From Auanema rhodensis (lineage: Eukaryota; Animalia; Nematoda), in NCBI GenBank assembly GCA_964057225.1, contig OZ059898.1:12648001-12712000 (forward strand): a DNA stretch of 64,000 nt. Reading direction: 5' to 3'. The position numbers were made by a program, and so were the translations under genes. Below the pieces are notes generated by a model. The model saw only the letters and a list, made by a program, of their open reading frames with translations. It made no database searches and was not told the DNA's origin. This document shows, piece after piece, positions 38,182-51,861 of the stretch. Positions within the stretch are counted from its first letter, which is position 1. Each line of letters begins with the position of its first letter.

Positions 38182-38841
38182 CTATAGCTCGTCGTCGTCT
38201 GAATCCTTTCGTGTACAATAGCAGGCTAAACCAACCAAAATTGCAAAGAAGAAGAGGGAACAGAATCCAAGAAGAGCAGCAGCAAACTGAAACAACAGGT
38301 ATAACTTCTTCTGAATTAGATAAACAAGGACGATTTATGATTTTTTAAACGTTGATCAAGTTTTTTTATTTTTTTTACATCGTTTTATAGGAAAAAACTT
38401 AAGTTTTATACAACAAATTGCAAATTGCAACATTGTGATTCTGAAGAATTTTAAGCTTTACCTGCCAATTTCCGATATCTTTATCCAATTGAGATATTCT
38501 TTGAAGATTGCCAACATCTACGGCATCTAATGATCTAGCATACCAATTCCAGAATACATGACCTTCCCACCGATATCCAACCTGAATATTTTCATCATCA
38601 TTTTTTCTTTTTTATTTAAATAAAAAAAAATAAAAAAGAAATATGTCCATCTTTCCATTTTTATGTTTTCAGAATGATTAATCATAAATTATTTTATATA
38701 TTATGTAGTAAATTGTTGATTGATGATAAAGAAGTTTGTCGTTGAACAATTTTTTGTTATTTTTCCTTATGAGACCGTTCAAGAAATAATGAAACCTGCT
38801 AAAAGATTTTATTGGAACCGGGACTGTACTTAATCGAAACA

Positions 38842-38880
<39 letters not shown>

Positions 38881-41800
38881 CATTATTCAACAATTCTTTT
38901 AATTTGAAAACAAATTGTTAAAAATCTGAAAACAATTACCTCCATCGTTGGACTATCAGTAATACTTAAATAATTCAATTCATTGGGATCGGCTGATGTC
39001 CAATTGAAATTAAAACCAGAATTTTCTGGAGTAGGATTGCTGAAAAGTATTAGGTTTTAAGTGAGCTATAAGCAGCAAATGGTATATGTGCTCTTACCCA
39101 TGTCGAGCAAAATTAACTATAAGATCAGCGAATATTTCTACAACACGCTGATCCAGTTGCCAATTCATATCTTTTCTTCGATTTAAAAATCGTGGAGTAA
39201 TATTGAAAAGATGTAAACGATCCACACCATGAAATGCTCCTAAAAATTAATTTTTAAAATAATTTTTATAAAAATATTTTAAATTTTTATAAAAAATTTA
39301 AATAAATATAACATACGGTCATAGTCATAGAAATTTTCGCTGATATGATCAAATGAATACAAATAGACGGGAGCCTTCTGTTTGGCATAATACGTTGCTA
39401 ATCGTGAAGCTGGAGCATCAAACCAAAAATGTGAATACATCTAGAAATTATAAAAAAAATTATAAATTAATTATAATTTATGTCTTACATTCAATATTGA
39501 ATTAAAAAGTATGGATTCAGACATAGAAGGATCTGTCTTTGTCCAAACATATTCATGTTTGCAACCCTTAAATATGACGTTTTTAAACTTTTAAAACTTG
39601 AACAAGCATACTTGAGCTATTAGTCTGTGATTTTGGAATTGCTTATAACCTAACGTTAAGTTTTCGGCCAGCTTTTCGGCAACACGTGTTGTCAATGCAC
39701 TAAAATTTACATTCTTCTCATTTAAGATCACTGAAAAGAACAAAATTAATAGTAAAATATGAAAAATTTTAGTTTTACATATCCTAAGGGAACTTTCATC
39801 TTTGGTTGTTCCTATCATAAGAGGTATTTTCTTTCGATGTCTTGCCAAATCTTCTGGTATATCTGGTATAATACCACCTGGACCATCGACTACAGGAACA
39901 AATTCTTCATAATCATCCCAGTGTAACCTCTGGAAAATTTGAAAAAAAGTATTAATCATTGAAGGACTGGAAGTTAAAGCCAACCTTATAATCCAGAATT
40001 TCTTCTCGCATACGTTTCCGGAAACAATCCAATAATTCTGATGAGTTGAATGATCTGACATTTAAAAAAACATTGATAAAAGAAAACTTATAAGAACTAT
40101 TTCGAATACAACCGCTTGCGTAAAAAATTTGCAAAAAAACTGAAAAGTAGTTCACGCAAGAGATCACGCGAGAATCACGTCAACTTCTATTATCTCACCT
40201 GCATTGCATTTTTTCATTTAAAGCCCAAGTAGCATTAATAGCTGTTTCTCTCACAATGCCAGGCTGTAATGATGACCCAGACATCAGCAACACTTTATGG
40301 AATAAGCCTTAAAATAGAAAGTATCATCAACTGTTCAGATTGTATGATGAATGAAAGACCTTCTGCTCGTGGTGACAATGCTAATATGGATGCGCAAGAT
40401 GCTCCACTGCCTGTTCCCATCAGAAGAATATTTCGGGAATCGCCACCAAATACTTCAACATTCGCCTAAATTATAGTAAAAAATTAATAAATTATATCTT
40501 TAGTATAGTTAAATCATACTTTAACCCATTTCAATGCCCATATTTGGTCCCAAAGTCCAATGTTTCCGGGAAGTATTTTATCACCCGTCGATAAAAATCC
40601 TAAAAAATTAATGTTATGGTTTTTGTTTTCAAATAAAAATATTTGTTTTAAAACAAAAAAAAGAATGTTTAGATCGTTAGTCTTAGAAAATCCAGAAGAA
40701 ATTTGAAATTGCTTGTAGAGATGTTGAGAATTACTGATCAGCTGATTCAAACGAATGTCAAAATTCATATTTTTTGAATCATCCCCATACTATACATATA
40801 GTTATTATTCAATTAACTATATAAACTTAAGTTTTTGAGTATTTGCAAGAATAAAAATATAGTTTATGAGCATAATTTGATATGAAAATGATATTCAATT
40901 TGATATCATAGTATATATATTTATATAGTTTTAACTATAATATTATAATAAATATCATATTATATTAGGAAAGTATAATAATTTTAATTAATAGTATTAA
41001 ACTTATATAGTTAGTATAGTATACAATCAATTCATTCTTATAGCTGCAGATTTACCAGGGTCATCCTGATGACGTCATCAGCATCTTATCGTGCAATAGG
41101 ATTGACATGGACATAGCCTAGGGGCTTCAACGACTTTTTCGGCATTGACTGAGAAGTCTGTGGGTACAAATTGAATGGAAATACTTTGAATGGCTGTCTG
41201 ATTGAGAGAACAAAAAGATGAAGAAATCTGAGCCAAATAGTCAGAAGATAGCTAGCTGATTTTAAAATAGAAAGATAGACATACATACATACGAAAGAAA
41301 GTAGAAACTTCAAAGAAGAGGAAATAACAAAAGAAAATTAGATAGAAATAAATAATATCTATCTATATATATATATATGTATTTGTATATAATAAATCTA
41401 AAAATATATTTGTTTTATAAGCTCTTTTCAGCTTTTTTTCCTTCTTCTTAGCTATATATACACGTCAGTTTGAACAATTTTTCATCAAACAATACCCATT
41501 TTCATTTTTGTTTGTTTGTTTGTTTGTTTGTTTCAGAAAAAAGTTTTTAAATGATAAGAATGCTTAAGATATGCTCTAAAGATTAAACTTTTGTAGTAAT
41601 TTCAGAATATTTTCTATAAATATAAAGATTTTTTTATTTTTTTGATTTAAAGTTTTCGAAAAATAAACTTTAAAACTACTTTAAATTTAAATTTAAATAA
41701 AAATAAAATAATAAATGAAATTCTAAATAGAGCAACTCACCAAGGGGACCTAACCGATAATTGAATGTGATGAAAACAACTTTTCTTGAAACGAAGTTAT

Positions 41801-42812
41801 CTAGAATCGCTTGTTGGGGAAAATCTGATCCACCGCCTGATTGAAAGTTGCCTCCATGTATCAGAACTATCACGGGATACGTGTCATTCGTATATTGATA
41901 CTAAAACAATGTTGTTTCTTCTTTTCTATTTGGATTATGTATAAGGTAAATGGTAATCGAAAGCATAGTTAAAGCTATTGAAATATGAGATTGGTTTATG
42001 TATCTATTTTCGTCAAAGTTGCTAGATCTCATAATATTTCATGAGATATGTAACATCTTTTTAATTAAAAATCCTGAAAAAGAACTAACAGGTGTAGGAG
42101 AAAAGACGTTCAGATATAAGCAATCTTCAGAAAAATGGGCTGAATGACGTTCAGGTTCTGTGATTTGGTCACTAACACGCTGGACGCACATGGCCGAGTA
42201 CTGCGTGGCATTCATCACTCCTCTCCACTTGGCAGGCTCTTTCGGCAACTGAAAAGAAAAATCGAAAAAAATGGTCCCGAGACGAGCAAAAGCAGAAACA
42301 TAACTTTGAAATAAGAAAAGTAGTCTGTGCAAGATGTTTTATGTTCAAATACAGTTAGAAAAGAATGAGTGATAGGATAAGAAATCAAAGATGTTTGAAG
42401 ATATAACACAATACTTCGATCACAATGATGTATGTTTAAGTGAGATTTGAAGTAAAAAAATTGAAAATGCAAGATAATTTGCTATTTTCAATGACTTTTT
42501 GATAATATTGAGAGAGAAATAAACATAAATTTAACAAAAGAATTACCTGAAATCGTAAATATCCAACTGGCGGCATAGCATAAGGTATGCCTTTGAATAC
42601 TGTATAATCTTCTCCTTTGATTATCTGAATAGTTTAATCAACTATAAAACAATTTGATTTTTAAGAATACTGACCAATCTTTCTCCACGAATTGATCCAG
42701 AGTTAATGGTCAACTCAAACGGTGAAATATGTCGAATCTTTGGAGATGTATAAGGGAACTCGAAAAGTACCATCAATGAGCTGAGCCAATAGGCACACCA
42801 CAATCGACACAT
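38182..42812 (-). CDS. Type-B carboxylesterase/cholinesterase-fold single-pass membrane protein, predicted non-catalytic (gliotactin/neuroligin-like or cest-like), multi-exon
   Basis: ATG 42812 (MCRLWCAYWLSSLMVLF). Motifs FKGIPYAMPPVGYLRF, FSEDCLYLNVF, LIHGGNF, FNYRLGPLGFL, GNIGLWDQIWALKWV, FGGDSRNILLMGTGSGA, LMIGTTKDE, AFHGVD; TM FAAALLGFCSLFFFAILVGLACY; tail RKDSDDDEL* (TAG 38184-38182). Confidence 0.9.
38845..38876. repeat. (CT)n microsatellite, intronic
   Basis: Pure dinucleotide run. Confidence 0.9.
41066..41081. promoter_or_regulatory. Perfect 16-bp palindrome containing a full CRE/ATF site (TGACGTCA), intronic
   Basis: CTGATGACGTCATCAG lies in the long intron of the carboxylesterase-like gene. 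Function is inferred only from the motif. Confidence 0.35.
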
Positions 42813-45476
42813 TTCCCCTTATGTGAATATTAAAAGGGAAACAAAACAATAAAACAAAGATTTTGTTTAAAAAAAATTCTTTTTTTTTCTTCGTCGTCTA
42901 GGATATATTCAGAATGCCTAGTATCTAAGCTTATCCGCTGTTCCTATTCGCCAAAAAAGGCTTCTACACATGGCTTTGATGAACGACAAACTGATCTCCA
43001 ATACGTCTTTCACAATAATTGAATGGAACTTTTCTTCGAAATCTACGAGAAAAAAGCTATACTACATCGAGGTGCCAGGTTTTCTGAAATGATATCAAAG
43101 ATGAAAAGGAAAAGAAAAACAAAGACATACAGGTTACAAGTAGTTTAACAATTGAAAATATCTCAAAGAAAGTTAAGAAAATGAAAAACAATTCGTGGTA
43201 TGACATGCCAAATAGAAATTTATAAGTTTAGCAGCTGGAACTTAGTACGTTGAGTCAATAAAACTTATGATCTACTGATAGCTTTGATGAAAAATGTTGG
43301 AATTGAGACGGAATGCAGTCAAAGAAGATGCAATGTAATTGAGAAAAGTTATATAACCTAGCCAACAACATTAAAACTTTTTTTGAAAAATAAATGACAT
43401 TAAAGAAATTGTTGAAATTAAGAAAAAGTTAGTTTGAACTGAAGATTCAAAAAGAAAATAGCATGAAACTAATGAAATCAATGATTACTTGATCACTATG
43501 TTTGGGCTATAACTATATAAAGATGAAACTTAGGAAAATTGATAGAAATAGTTACAAAGAGCTGAGAAAGTAGAATGAGCAATCTGGTTCAACATACAAC
43601 ATACATACACATAGTGATTCTAGTAGTCTGGAATCTCTGTCATTTCTGAGGCGATGCTGTGCGGACGAAGAAACTCTCCAGGGAGCTACGACGCACAACA
43701 ACCCCCCAAGATTCTCGCTTGCCTTAGCATTTTCATACGACTTCTCTATATCTATTTCTCCCTTTTTCGGTTTCCCTCTTTATGCTGGCTTCTTTCCCCT
43801 TCTGTCCGTTTCTCTATATCGCTCTATAGAGCCCTCTCATAGCTTAATAGTCTTACATATCAGCTAACTGTCTATATCTCTCTCTATTCTCTTATATCTA
43901 TCAAACTTCCTCTTTGGTCAGATTTATAAGAATAGAGAGATGAATGAAGAACAAATGGCAAAAGAGAGAGAGAAGAGAGATATAGAGAGATGATCATGAT
44001 TGTATGCATGTCGAAGAGTATTTTAGAAGTCCAAATAAGAACCGCCCGGAAATCATTGCTCTCTGTATTCGAGTCAATTAAAGATCTACGGATGATGACC
44101 GTCATGTATCCAGATATACGAAAAAAAAGAGGAAAAAGCTTTTCAAAACATGTTGAAAGAGGAAAAAAATTATTTTAACGGTCATTGCATGATGAGGAAC
44201 GAATTCGGAGTATGCATGTATTCATCAACTAACCCTGTACTGCATGGTATATCCAAAAATATTGAAAAAAATAAGAATTTAGCCATATTTTTGTGAGTTT
44301 TCGATGAGCTCGAGATGAAAGAAATAGACTTTGACTACGAGATTCCCTCGAGAGACATACGCTTAGAAGAAAAGTCATATGAAACAGCATAACATCATCT
44401 AGAGAGTTAAAAGAAGTAGAATATACAAAATGACAAAATACATGAAAAGATGAGTAAGAGATGGAATATGAATGAGATTAACTTATAACTATCTTCATAA
44501 TGATTCTGAATAATGATACTCATGCTTCAGCAGCTAGCATATTGCTTAGCGTTCTTCCAGCATTTTTCATAAACTACATAGAAAATATGAAAAAAAAGTG
44601 GAAGAAAACGATAAAAAGCTAAGCTCAAACATTACCAACTTAGGTTGCTTCGCATGGAAATTGGGATAAACTTTAAAGAATGAATACATATCACCTAATA
44701 TTACTCGTTTATACAGAATAATAATTTAGAAAAGAATGAGAATTTGAAAACGATTTGATGTGAAAGGCTAAAAATCTGAATTGAAATGATGATGCGCGCC
44801 AGCAGCACGACATGCCAAAGGAAGATGAGGACGACGACAGACGGACGAATGACTGAATTTGGCCGGAAAGAGTTCGTGACACAACGAGAAGAATGTAGGC
44901 AATCAGATAGCTTTATATGTATCAACTTAACTGCATAGATAGAATGAGAGAAACTATAAAGATATAAGAATTTTGTGTCCAAAATGAAACATCCAAGTTT
45001 AATGTGACCAATGGTGCAAAAGCATATTTGCCAGCCAATTGCCAAGATGATGGAATCAACATCTAGCAAGTTATAAATATGAAAACCTAATATGCGATGA
45101 AGAGTCCGATTTTTCAAAGATAATGTGATTTGTTCAGATTTGACCGATTATAAGAAGAGCTTGAATTTACTGCATCGTTCCTTTAGCATTGCTATTTGAT
45201 AAGAACCATTGACCAAAAAATCACTGAAACTAGTTCAAACGATATTGCTTTAACTGAATTTCCTTGCTTCAGATCTTGGAATCGTATCATGCTTAAGCAG
45301 TTAGTCAAATCCTCAAATCTACTATTCTCATGAATTATTATTGTTTCTTAAACATTGTATTCTATTGTATATAACATTAACATTTCATTTTACAAGTATA
45401 TTATAATGAGTTACATATATATTTTCAAAAATTTTGTTTTTAACTATAAAAAAAATTATTTTTTTTTTGTAAATTT

Positions 45477-46746
45477 TTAATTTATCGGCGATGGTTGTGC
45501 CTGATCAGCATTGAAAACACCAGCTGCAAAGTCTGTCGAGCTTGGTTCGAAGTTGAAATTGAAAGACATTTCCCGATCACGGAGAAATTGATAAAATGAA
45601 TAGATTGTCTGTAAGAAATAAAAGTATTTTTGTTAATTTTGTATTTGAATATAGAGGAAAGATAGAAAAATAGATGAAAGTTAAAGAAAAACAAAGAGAG
45701 AAAGAGAGAGAGAGAGAAAAGCAAATTTAAAAAGAAAGAAATACCTCCAAAAAGTAGGCTTGAAGAAATCCTGCTATGCAAACACTAATTATAAAGAGAA
45801 TCGTGAATGTAGCCAATGCTGAAATTAACAAAATACAAGAATTGAAGTAGATCCTGATACATTGGATATATATGTTTATTCTAATTACACGTGATCAAAA
45901 TATGAAGTAGACGTTCCATCCATCCATACGTGAGTCATTTATTCGAAAAATGACGTGGCAAGCGGTTGTTTTTATTTTAAATTTTAGATATCTACATCAC
46001 TATCCACAGTTTATCATTTTTTAATTTTTAATTTATATCATGATTTCATATATATATATTTTTATATAATTTCAGGCATTTTTCAAAGAATATGCTCTAC
46101 AAACCAGCGTTCAGTTGTGCTTCAGTCAGCCTAACGTCAACATTTCCAACATCCTGTGCCAGTTCAATAACCATATTCGATTGAACAGCAATGGATATGA
46201 TAAAAGACAGAAGCAATAGCACATTCATTCCAATCGATATTAGCTTCAAATATATTAGTTTAACAATAGAATTTTGTACATAAATTACCTGAACTAACAT
46301 ATATGGCATAATATAAAGTCGTTTTTCTTTATACACCCCATATAACAAGCTTCCGAATATGACAATAGAAAATGACGTACTGTAATACTTTTACTATAAT
46401 AGAGAGAGAGAGAGAGTGAATTAAGGAGAAAGAGAGAGAGAGAGAGAGAGAGAAATGTCTGTGCCTTCTTATTATCATTACATACCTCATAATTGTATAT
46501 AAAGCAACAGTACTACGTCTTGTTAAGCTGAATATAATGAGTAAAGCTGTAAATACATTGGTCAAGACCGCCACAATACGAGCTCCTTGCTGAAAAAAAA
46601 AGAAAATCAGAACATCAGTAAAGATAAATGCGTGTTTCTGTCTCAACAAAAAAATTAAATAGTAGCCTAATTGTTACCCGGATGTGAAGAATTCCGCATA
46701 AGCACTTGTACTTGGGATCATTCTGATCAAACGGAGGTCGGGTCAT
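45477..46746 (-). CDS. Small four-transmembrane protein, nematode LAPTM-like family
   Basis: MTRPPFDQNDPKYKCLCGILHIR|QGARIVAVL (the FD.NDPKY.C.CG..H N-terminus is typical of this nematode family), LLYGVYKEKRLYIMPY, four hydrophobic helices, YQFLRDRE, ending PSPIN* (TAA 45479-45477). Confidence 0.82.
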
Positions 46747-48486
46747 TTCTACAGACATCTATGATTTTTAGAAAAAAATAAGAAAAATAATTTAAAATAT
46801 TAAAATAAAAATAGTAAAAGAATGATTTTTGTGTTGTTTTATAATCGAAATAAGGGAAGGGGAGGGGGATTGTTGGTTATAAATTTCATTGATTTTATGA
46901 TTAAAAGAGATCGATGATATGAATTCAAAATTCAAAATAATGTATATGATTAAGGAGAATTAATTGAATAAAAAAATTAATTTTTCACATAAATTTGTAG
47001 TAAAATATGATATTTGGAATGAAATACGTGATGATGATGAACTGCATTCAAAACTTATATGAAAATTCTGATTTAGTGATGATGATTATGGAATTTGGAA
47101 GAGATGAATGAAATGAAATTTCTGTTCAAACTTGACAAAAGCTCGACTATTTTGCAATTGTTGATCTAGCTGTCCAAATAAAAAAATGTTATTTTATAAA
47201 GTGAATTGAGGAAAAAGTGAAATTATGTAGCTTCTTTTTAATATTTTATTTATTTAAATTTTTGGAGTTGACAGATTATTTGGAAAAAAACTGAACAAGA
47301 AATTGAGAAAGGCGGGGGGGGGATCGGGTTATGTTCTTTTATCACCCCTCTCCCACATAGTTAATTTACATATAGTTATGATATAATAATGTGATAGTAA
47401 TAAATTTATTTATAATTATTTCAATAAATTGTGCAAATGTTACAACCTTATTACTCAAGTTTTTGCAGAAACTTCAATTTTTTGAACTTTTCCGATGTTT
47501 GATATGTTTATCATATTATATTATACAGTCAAATGAAAGTTTCAAATATTTTATTTCTTTAAAATTAATAAAGAAATTGAACAAAAAGTTGAAGAACATT
47601 CTCGTTTTGACCTTTTTCATACTTTTCAGAATTATTGAAAGTTCATGAAGCCCTATGTATTGAGGCGTATATGTATGTATGTATGTAAATCCATCAATTG
47701 AACATAAAAACGTCGTCATTACATTATAATATTTAATCTTTTAATGTAATGTTGTAGTAAATAGCTACAAATCACCAACAATAACTTTATAATTTGGAGC
47801 AAAATCGTGTAGGAGTTGAAACATTTACATAAAAATGTCTCAATGACTTAAAACTTATGAGTTATCTTTCTTTTTTTTCTTGGAAAAAAAAAAGTAATTA
47901 ATTCTCTCATTCTCACTTTTATCATAAAAAATTAAAGCGGAAATAGAACTTTTAACTTTTTTCTTTACATCAACCTTAATATATAGTAGTAATTATATAT
48001 ATATAATATATAATATATATATAGTTTTCTATGAAAATTTGTTTAGAATAATTTGTTCAGTTGTTTAGGCTTTTTTAACGATTTTTAAAAATATTTTCGT
48101 ATGAAATTAACAAACCATTTGTAGTAATATTAGATATTTATTTAAAATATAAATTAACTTGTTAATTATTAAATAATTATAATATTTCTGTTTATACTAT
48201 ACTTATATTAATATATTTATACATTAAGATTAAAAAGGTAATGACGATGAGGGAAAAACATGAAAATCTCATGATAGTTCATTCATGATGATCAAGCACC
48301 AGAAATTTTTGCAGAAAAAAAAAAGTTTAATTGGTTTCAGTTTTAGCATTAATGCCTAAACGCTTCCATATAATAGCTATTGTTCATTCTTTAATATTAA
48401 GAGATATTTCGATAAATTTAGATGATGATTCATGATTATGTATTTAAGATTAATGTACATAGTAACATGAGATATAAGATGGCTAT

Positions 48487-48517
<31 letters not shown>

Positions 48518-49199
48518 TTTTTTTTTTTAAAAATGTAATTGAAAAATATGAAATACAAAAAACAATATTTGTATCACAATGAGAACAATATCTTATCGGA
48601 TATTATATGGAAACTGATATTTTCCTTCCTTCATATCTGACGAAAATGTTTGGTGGTGGTGCTGTTGATGATTACTTACTCCTTACTACCTCTCTCTCTC
48701 TTTCTCTCTCTCCCTCTCCACCCCCTTTATTTCCTTCTGTACTAGCTAGTGCTATGTATATCTAGGGCAGTTTTGTTTTACAGCTTTTAATGAAAATGAT
48801 CCTACTTATTTTTAATTTTGAAGAAGAAAACCTATTCTTTGAATTAATGTCCTCATTATGAGCAGTTTGTTTAAATCTCTATAGATTTACATACATACTT
48901 TACAAAACTTTTTGGCCAAAACAGACAATATGACGTCAATTAGTGCCTGAACTTTCAATATGAAGAAGACGAAAAAGATAAAAGTATCTTAAAACTGAAA
49001 AGAAACTTTTTTTTTCATATATTATGTAATATGTACTAGCTATTTATAATTTTTTTTTATTTCAAAACAAATTTTGTTAAAATTCGAAACTCAGTAGCTG
49101 ATAAGAAAAAGAAAAAAAAAGATATAGATATCGTAACTGTTCAACCGTTCAATATGATAAATTAAATTAAAATAATATTTACTAGAAGCATCTCATCTC

Positions 49200-49262
49200 T
49201 TCACGTATTTCACGTAATTCACGTGATTCACGTATTTCACGTGATTCATGTAATTCACGTGA
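49200..49262. repeat. Tandem array of seven 9-bp units, consensus TTCACGT(A/G)(A/T)
   Basis: ttcacgtat ttcacgtaa ttcacgtga ttcacgtat ttcacgtga ttcatgtaa ttcacgtga, read directly. Confidence 0.9.
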
Positions 49263-51800
49263 ATATCAAACCTAATATATGTGTTTAAGAATTTATTTTC
49301 TTTCTTTTTTTTTATTTCGCAACAATAACATCAGATTATATGAAATGATACAAGGATGTATTCAAGATGTTATCAAATACCATTTGAACTTAACCGTATA
49401 GAATCAATCTAGAAAATCAGATTTTTTGATTCTAAAAACAATGATTTGGTTAGAAGTAGAAATAATGTAGTAATGATAATGATTAACTTTTTCATATAAA
49501 AACTATAAAAATTGTATTTTATATTATTATGAATTGTATAAAATTAAATAATATATATATGTATTATAATATAGTTTATTATAATTATAGTTATTCTTAT
49601 ATAATTTATTTTTATTACATATATACATATCTATATGTATATCTACATTTCATATATATTCATTCAGTTGGAACAGTTTTATTGGTGACAATACATGTAT
49701 ATGTGATTAGATGTATACATCATGATATCCTGCCTTTTTAAACTTTCAGCATGATCATGTGCAGAAGATGCTATGTTGCAAAATCCGATTTCAAAATTGT
49801 ATATTTTCTAAAATCATGGCACATGACTCTAAAAAGACTAAGAAATTTGGTTAATAGCCCTCAAAATGCTTCAAAATGCTTGCTAATGTTTAACTTTTTT
49901 CCCGTTTTTCAATCATGAAGACGTCATTCACATCTTCTTATCGCCTTCGCATTTTTCTACATTGTAATCATTCATCTTCTTTTAAGTTGAAATGAACAGA
50001 TCTGATGCAGCAGAGCAGAGCAGGAACAATGCTGTTGACGTATGACGTGTGGAAAATCACAAATTTCTCCATTTTATTAAGCTTCATTTTCAAGCTCATA
50101 TGATCCAACGTTACGACTTGATGAGACCCGCTGATCATTACTCTGCTGTAACGCTTTAAGCGGCAGGGGTAAGCACATACACAGGAAGGATGACGAAGCT
50201 AACTGACATGACCCCAGTGAATTCCTTAAACACCCCTCATTTCAACCATTTCATTGCCCTCAGCTTCATCTTCTAATCCCTCATGCATAATCTCGTCTCC
50301 ACGATTTCCGTTTGGACTTTAGCTCATCATTACCAATTTTGACATCTATAGCTTATCTTAAGAACCATCGGAGTCACTTTCTGCATCGACGTGTTATGTC
50401 ATTTTTCTTAATATTCTGAACTCCTTCATATATCACATGGCGCAACCACAACTCTCAAGCATCAACTTGAGCTTTAAAGCTGGCTAAGATGTCCTTCTGA
50501 TGATGCTTCAAACAACTTGCTCATATAGTTTTGATTTTCGTTCTTTTCAAACTTATCCGTTCATATACGAACGTTGACCTAATCTCAAAGCCAATTTACC
50601 AATCAAGTTTTGATCATCTCAGGCTTATTCGTAATATTAGCCATGTACTCCCAAATAAAATAACTATTTTAGCCTCTATATTATATTTTTTTTCCAATTT
50701 TACTACGCCTCTCCCCCATTTTCTCATTTTCTTTTTGATTTCCCGTTAACTCCTCCCACATTGCCTAACCTCCCATAGCTTGTAGAGTCTCAAGAGAAGA
50801 CTTGAAAGCCTATCCAGCCACGCCTTCTTTTAATCTTTTTACTTTTCCATTCAGTTTTGTGAGCGTGTCGAATGCACACGTTACCAGATTTTCTTCTTTT
50901 CCTTTTTCTTCGTCTTATTTCGGTCCGTACATCTTTGTTTTTCTAACACTTCCGTACTATACGCGTGAATGAGAAAGCTTTAGATAGCAACTAAGATACA
51001 TACATACATAGAGAGAGAGCGGGGGGGGGGGGCGAGAGAGAGAAAGAGAGAGAGCTTGAAAGAAGAAAAAAGCCACAAAAAAGGCACAAAGAACAATATT
51101 TAGTTGAGTTGAGTATGGAAAAAAAAGTGATATTGGACAATAAACAATAAATAAAATGAATGAAAAGTCTGCTCATTCAACTGTCCGAATTCTTTGTCCG
51201 AGTGTAAGCAAGGAAGTAAGAATTAGTAAACCTGTTAACTCTCAGTCCTCAACAATCGTATATTTTGTGTTTTCTTTAATTATTTTCTTTTTCTCTTATC
51301 TTATATAACATACGGATATCTGTCTACTCATCTCCTACTATGAATATTATTCAACTTCGTCTTCCCCCCCCCTTCCAGTGTGCAGTCAGGTTTAACCGAC
51401 GCCACTAATGTCCACCTAAGAGCAGCTGAAAAATGTTCTTCAGAAAATCAACAGCTATCATGAATGCTTAAAGCATACGTTATATATGACTAAGCTGTAA
51501 TGCTTCAAACAGCAGATGCTTTTACTTAGATTCAGATGAATTGCTTCAACTCTTCTATATAGTAAAATTATTTTTTTAAAAAATATATAAATTTATGAAA
51601 TTGTATATTATACAATCTAATATTTAATTATAAAGTATGTTATTCTAAATAGAATAAGAGCAACCGATTTGCGCCTCCGCACAAATTAACAATAAGGAAG
51701 TTTACGTGGTTTTTGCGTGAATTAACATAAATACGATCAGTTGGTTATGTTTATATATGCGAAAAAGCTAAGAAAGGAGTAGAGGGAGGGAGAGAAAATG

Positions 51801-51803
<3 letters not shown>

Positions 51804-51858
<55 letters not shown>
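51804..51858. repeat. (GA)n microsatellite
   Basis: Longest pure dinucleotide run in the window. Confidence 0.95.
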
Positions 51859-51861
<3 letters not shown>

